Source: Bdellovibrionales bacterium (GTDB taxonomy: Bacteria; Bdellovibrionota; Bdellovibrionia; Bdellovibrionales; UBA1609). From it: DNA of 64,000 nt. The notes below the pieces were generated by a model, which made no database searches, was not told where the DNA came from, and was given only the letters and a program-made list of their open reading frames with translations. Shown one piece after another: positions 60,220 through 64,000 of this stretch. How positions within the stretch are numbered: the first letter of the stretch is position 1; each line of letters begins with the position of its first letter. The DNA lies in the NCBI GenBank assembly GCA_965199825.1, contig OZ241329.1, positions 2,560,001 to 2,624,000 on the forward strand. The letters run 5' to 3'. A program made the translations under genes and the position numbers.

Positions 60220-61353
60220 ATGGGAACTTTAAAAACGCAGCTGCAAGTCGAAGAGCGCACCCTGTTTAAACGTCTTGATCTGAATTTTGCCTTTGTCATC
60301 TTTGCTTTAAACTTAATTGGTTTAATCAATCTCTATAGCGCCACACATGGAGTTCATGTCGACGACAACTCGCGACTTTTTTGGCAGCAGCTGATTTGGC
60401 TTATGGGCGGATGGATCTTGTTTTTTGGTGTGACCCTTGTGGATTATCAATTTTTTTTTCGCGGCTCTTATGTGATTTATGGTTTAAACCTGATTGCACT
60501 CATCGCGGTCATGTTTATGGGCAGTATTGCTTACGGCGCTCAGCGCTGGCTTGATCTTGGATTTTTTCGCTACCAACCCTCTGAAACGATGAAGATCGCT
60601 TTGGTGCTAGTGATGGCGCGGACTTTATCGCAAAAGCAAAACATCGTTGGAAATCTTGGCTACAAAGATTTGATTTGGCCGGTTGGCCTTGCACTTGTGC
60701 CCTTTGGCCTCACCGCCGAGCAACCCGATTTAGGAACCGCCATGTTGTTGTTTTTAATCACTTTTGGAATGTTATTTTTTGTTGGCATCCGCCGCTCTAT
60801 CTTAACCACCGGTTTGGTCACAATATTGATTGCTGCACCTGTCATTTGGAATTTTGGACTTAAAGAGTATCAAAAAAATCGGGTACTCACTTTTATTTCT
60901 CCAGGGCGTGATCCAAGAGGCACCGGTTACAATAGCATTCAATCCAAAATTGCGGTGGGCAGCGGAAAGCTTTTGGGTAAGGGCTTTCGAAAGGGAACCC
61001 AATCCCAACTTGAGTTTTTACCCGAGCGTCATACCGATTTTATTTATAGCGTTTTGAGCGAAGAGCATGGCTTTGTGGGCAGTGTGACCACTTTTGGATT
61101 ATTTGTGGTTTTGTTTTTAATGGGAGCTCGCATTGCGTCCCAATCGCGCGATAAATTCGGATCACTTCTCTCCATGGGAGTGCTGACATATTTGTTTTTA
61201 CATATGACAATCAACATCGGAATGGTCATTGGACTGTTGCCGATTGTGGGGGTGCCGCTGCCGTTACTCTCTTATGGAGGATCGAGTTTTTTAACCACGA
61301 TGCTGGCGTTGGGATTGATCTCTTCGGTGAGCTACCGTCGATATTTATTTTAG
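60220..61353 (+). CDS. rodA: Rod shape-determining protein RodA (SEDS)
   Basis: GAQRW, QPSE, QPDLGT, YQKNR, LPERHTDFI, PLPLLSYGGSS. Confidence 0.96.
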   Translation: MGTLKTQLQVEERTLFKRLDLNFAFVIFALNLIGLINLYSATHGVHVDDNSRLFWQQLIWLMGGWILFFGVTLVDYQFFFRGSYVIYGLNLIALIAVMFMGSIAYGAQRWLDLGFFRYQPSETMKIALVLVMARTLSQKQNIVGNLGYKDLIWPVGLALVPFGLTAEQPDLGTAMLLFLITFGMLFFVGIRRSILTTGLVTILIAAPVIWNFGLKEYQKNRVLTFISPGRDPRGTGYNSIQSKIAVGSGKLLGKGFRKGTQSQLEFLPERHTDFIYSVLSEEHGFVGSVTTFGLFVVLFLMGARIASQSRDKFGSLLSMGVLTYLFLHMTINIGMVIGLLPIVGVPLPLLSYGGSSFLTTMLALGLISSVSYRRYLF

Positions 61354-61360
61354 ACATTAG

Positions 61361-61380
61361 GCCCCTTTTTAAAAAGGGGC
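61361..61380. terminator. Perfect 20-bp palindrome between convergent rodA and trxA; likely terminator
   Basis: GCCCCTTTTTAAAAAGGGGC. Confidence 0.6.
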
Positions 61381-61389
61381 TTGATCGAT

Positions 61390-61716
61390 TTAGATATACT
61401 TTTGGAGCATGGCCACAATATTTTCTTTAGGGTGATTGCCCACAACTTGGTCCACGTTGCTGCCACCTTTAAATAAAATCAGTGTGGGAATTCCACGCAC
61501 ACCATATTTTGCTGGCGACTCCGGATTTTCGTCGATGTTCACTTTAATGATGCGCACCTTGTCTTTGAGCTCTTGCGCAATTTCTTCGAGCTTGGGAGCT
61601 AGCGCCTTACACGGTCCGCACCACTCCGCCCAAAAATCGACCAGCACCGGAGTGTTCGATTTTAAGACATCGTCTTCAAAGGTTTTGTCTGTTGTTGATC
61701 CGGTATTTGCGCCCAT
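61390..61716 (-). CDS. trxA: Thioredoxin
   Basis: VLVDFWAEWCGPC, GVRGIPTL; GGAGG SD before ATG 61716. Confidence 0.97.
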   Translation of the reverse strand: MGANTGSTTDKTFEDDVLKSNTPVLVDFWAEWCGPCKALAPKLEEIAQELKDKVRIIKVNIDENPESPAKYGVRGIPTLILFKGGSNVDQVVGNHPKENIVAMLQKYI

Positions 61717-61819
61717 TTTATCCTCCAAATGAAAAGGATTGAGCTTATTCCGAAATTCACGGCCAAACAAGGCTTCTGTCTATGGACCATTATCGAAAAT
61801 CTGCCGATAGGTAGAAGTC

Positions 61820-63733
61820 ATGAAAAAGGCTGAAATTAAAATTTTATTGGTCGAAGACGAAGTGAGCGCCGGCAAAAGCCTTGCCGAAATCATAAAACGT
61901 GCAGGGTTTTCGTGCCTTTGGGCCAAAACTCCAAGCGAAGCTTTAAACTTTTTAAAGCTCCAAACGATGCACCTGGCGATTGTCGATTGTCTTTTGCCCC
62001 AGACGAACGGTGTGGATCTTGTGACCCAGTTGCGGAAGCTTCAGGGTGAAAGTTTTCCCGTTTTGATGATGTCTGGGATTTTTAAAGATCCTCAGTTCGC
62101 TGAAGACGTCATCATCAAAACAAATGCTGTTCAATTTTTTCATAAGCCGATTGTGGCGATGAATTTGATTCGATGTTTGGATGATTATTTTGGTGATCAG
62201 ATCGAGGCGGCACTCCCTCCCCAAGAGGCGGGCTCACTCAAAGAACGGCTCACCCCCGAAGAAACTCTCAACACCCTTTCGCAGACCGGAAGTCTTCATG
62301 GCTTTCAGTTGCCTCAGCTGATTGCGATGGTTCTTTCGAGCGAACTCTCGGGACATCTCAATTTGATTGAACGCAGTGGTGAGTTGTCTTCACTGACCTT
62401 TCATAAGGGTCAGATTGCGGGAGTAAATAAACGTCATAGTAAATCTTTTTTTGGTGTGCTCGTGGTCGAACGCGGACTTGCGACCGAGGCTGAAATCAAC
62501 GAAGTTTTAAATATGACTTCACCAAAGCCCATTGGTGAGCGACTGGTCGAAAAAGGGATCTTAAGCCCTCATATGATCAAGATTATTCGGACCGAGCAAA
62601 TGCGCTTGAGACTTGCACAAACTATCGATGATACATCGTACGATATTAATTTTTTAGAAGAAGAAACCCCTGTTCCCGATATCTCAATCGATTACAATGA
62701 TTTTACCCAAATGTTTTTTGATTGGTGCTGGTCAAAGATAAAAATCAATTGGCTGAATGCTTATTTTTTACCACTCGGAACATATGAGCTTCAGATTCGT
62801 AATGCTCAAGAATTTCAAAAATTGGTGGCCAACTTTCATTTTCCATTTCAACTGACACCCGGAAATTCGATCACTCAGTTTTTTAATAATCACCCAGATC
62901 AAACCGAAAGTGTGATTCGCGCCCTTTATTTCTTACTCGTATTAAAACGTCTGTTTTTAAAATTGCCAGCAAAACCCAATGTCAATTTTGATCTCGAGAT
63001 CACCCGTCTTGACAGACTTTACAGTGAGCTTGTGGACGCCGATCCGTTTGCGGTCTTAGGTGTAGGCAAAAATGCTCGGTCCAAGGATATAAATAAATCC
63101 TATTTGGATATGGCAAAAATTCTTCATCCTGACAAAGTCCCGCCCGAGGCCCCTCAGCAGCTCAAAGATCTTTCACAAAAAATCTTTGCACTGATTAATA
63201 AAAGCCACGAGCAAATCAAAGATGAAACCAGAAGATCTGAATACCTTCGCTCGCAAGAAATTGGTAATGCTCGAGACGCTTTTGTGGTCGAAAATGAATT
63301 AACCCAAGTTCGACAGTTGTTAAATAAAAACAGAATAAAAGAGGCTCACGAAATTTTATCGGCTCTCCCCGATTCTAAAACTCACGAAACAGAAATTCGT
63401 TTGTTTAGATGTTGGGTTCAGGTGAAGCGAAAAATTTCACCCGATCATGAAATCGAGATGGCCCAAAAATTACGAGAAGAATTAAATTACATTCCGCCCG
63501 AGGATCGTCACACAGCGCTGTACTTTTTTGTGCGCGCCTCAATTTATCGATTAGGCCGAAACCTCGAGCGTGCTCATGTTAATTTTCAACGCTGCTTGTC
63601 TCTTGATTCGCAGTTTTCTGAAGCCGCGGTTGAGCTCGGTGCAATCGAAGCCCAAATGACCGAAGCGAGCCGCTTTAAATTTTTCGACACGGTTGTTAGT
63701 AAATTGATCGGCACTAAGAAGAAGGCCGTTTAA
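61820..63733 (+). CDS. Response-regulator receiver + DUF4388-like + DnaJ J-domain + TPR protein
   Basis: LLVEDE, IVD, MMSG, HKP receiver residues; LSGHLNL...LTFHKGQI; PFAVLGV...LHPDK; C-terminal TPR-like helices. Confidence 0.82.
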   Translation: MKKAEIKILLVEDEVSAGKSLAEIIKRAGFSCLWAKTPSEALNFLKLQTMHLAIVDCLLPQTNGVDLVTQLRKLQGESFPVLMMSGIFKDPQFAEDVIIKTNAVQFFHKPIVAMNLIRCLDDYFGDQIEAALPPQEAGSLKERLTPEETLNTLSQTGSLHGFQLPQLIAMVLSSELSGHLNLIERSGELSSLTFHKGQIAGVNKRHSKSFFGVLVVERGLATEAEINEVLNMTSPKPIGERLVEKGILSPHMIKIIRTEQMRLRLAQTIDDTSYDINFLEEETPVPDISIDYNDFTQMFFDWCWSKIKINWLNAYFLPLGTYELQIRNAQEFQKLVANFHFPFQLTPGNSITQFFNNHPDQTESVIRALYFLLVLKRLFLKLPAKPNVNFDLEITRLDRLYSELVDADPFAVLGVGKNARSKDINKSYLDMAKILHPDKVPPEAPQQLKDLSQKIFALINKSHEQIKDETRRSEYLRSQEIGNARDAFVVENELTQVRQLLNKNRIKEAHEILSALPDSKTHETEIRLFRCWVQVKRKISPDHEIEMAQKLREELNYIPPEDRHTALYFFVRASIYRLGRNLERAHVNFQRCLSLDSQFSEAAVELGAIEAQMTEASRFKFFDTVVSKLIGTKKKAV

Positions 63734-64000
63734 AAAGCTTTCTTACGAAATTTCTGCGATCCTCATCTAATTCTTCAACATTTTCTGTTGTCTCTTCTTT
63801 TCGAACTTGCTTAACCACATCGCGCACAAACTTCGCACCAAAATTCTGATGCGGCGAAGGTTCTAGATTTTTTATGGCTGCCTGCATCCTTTGCTCACGT
63901 GCCGAGCCCTCGGTGGCTATGGACCCCGATTGGGTCAACGTGCTCCGAATCCGGTTGTACTTTTCCAAAATCGGCTCAAACGGAAGATTGCCAAGCTGGG
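63714..64000 (-). CDS. 3' end of a hypothetical protein entering from the window edge
   Basis: Frame open to the window end: ...QLGNLPFEPILEKYNRIRSTL...RKLFKRPSS. Confidence 0.55.
   Translation of the reverse strand, partial: QLGNLPFEPILEKYNRIRSTLTQSGSIATEGSAREQRMQAAIKNLEPSPHQNFGAKFVRDVVKQVRKEETTENVEELDEDRRNFVRKLFKRPSS

Overview
64-kb chromosomal window, most likely from a Bdellovibrionota (Bdellovibrio-like) bacterium; this is inferred from gene content and order only. Most of it is core genome. It carries alternative complex III (actA, start of actB) beside system II cytochrome c maturation genes, a type II secretion cluster (gspC-N), ssb, yicC-gmk-rpoZ-rel, mutL-miaA, rimP-nusA-infB-rbfA-truB-rpsO-pnp-M16 peptidase-dut, tRNA-Leu(CAA), ppiD, mreC-mreD-mrdA-rodA and trxA, interspersed with orphan secreted and outer-membrane proteins. 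The most unusual locus is 5.2-7.0 kb. There, a spacer-less array of 14 perfect 18-bp repeats decays into degenerate copies and is followed by an HNH endonuclease gene. That gene's own coding sequence carries the repeat core twice in inverted orientation, read in two different frames, which makes the locus a candidate repeat-array/HNH nuclease system or selfish element. Other leads are a secreted lytic-transglycosylase-like enzyme translationally coupled to a possible self-protection protein, a membrane-anchored subtilisin with a cytoplasmic PilZ domain, an apparently dead FabD-like protein, an H1-like basic protein and a REC-J-domain-TPR protein. No database searches were run; all calls rest on motifs read in the sequence.
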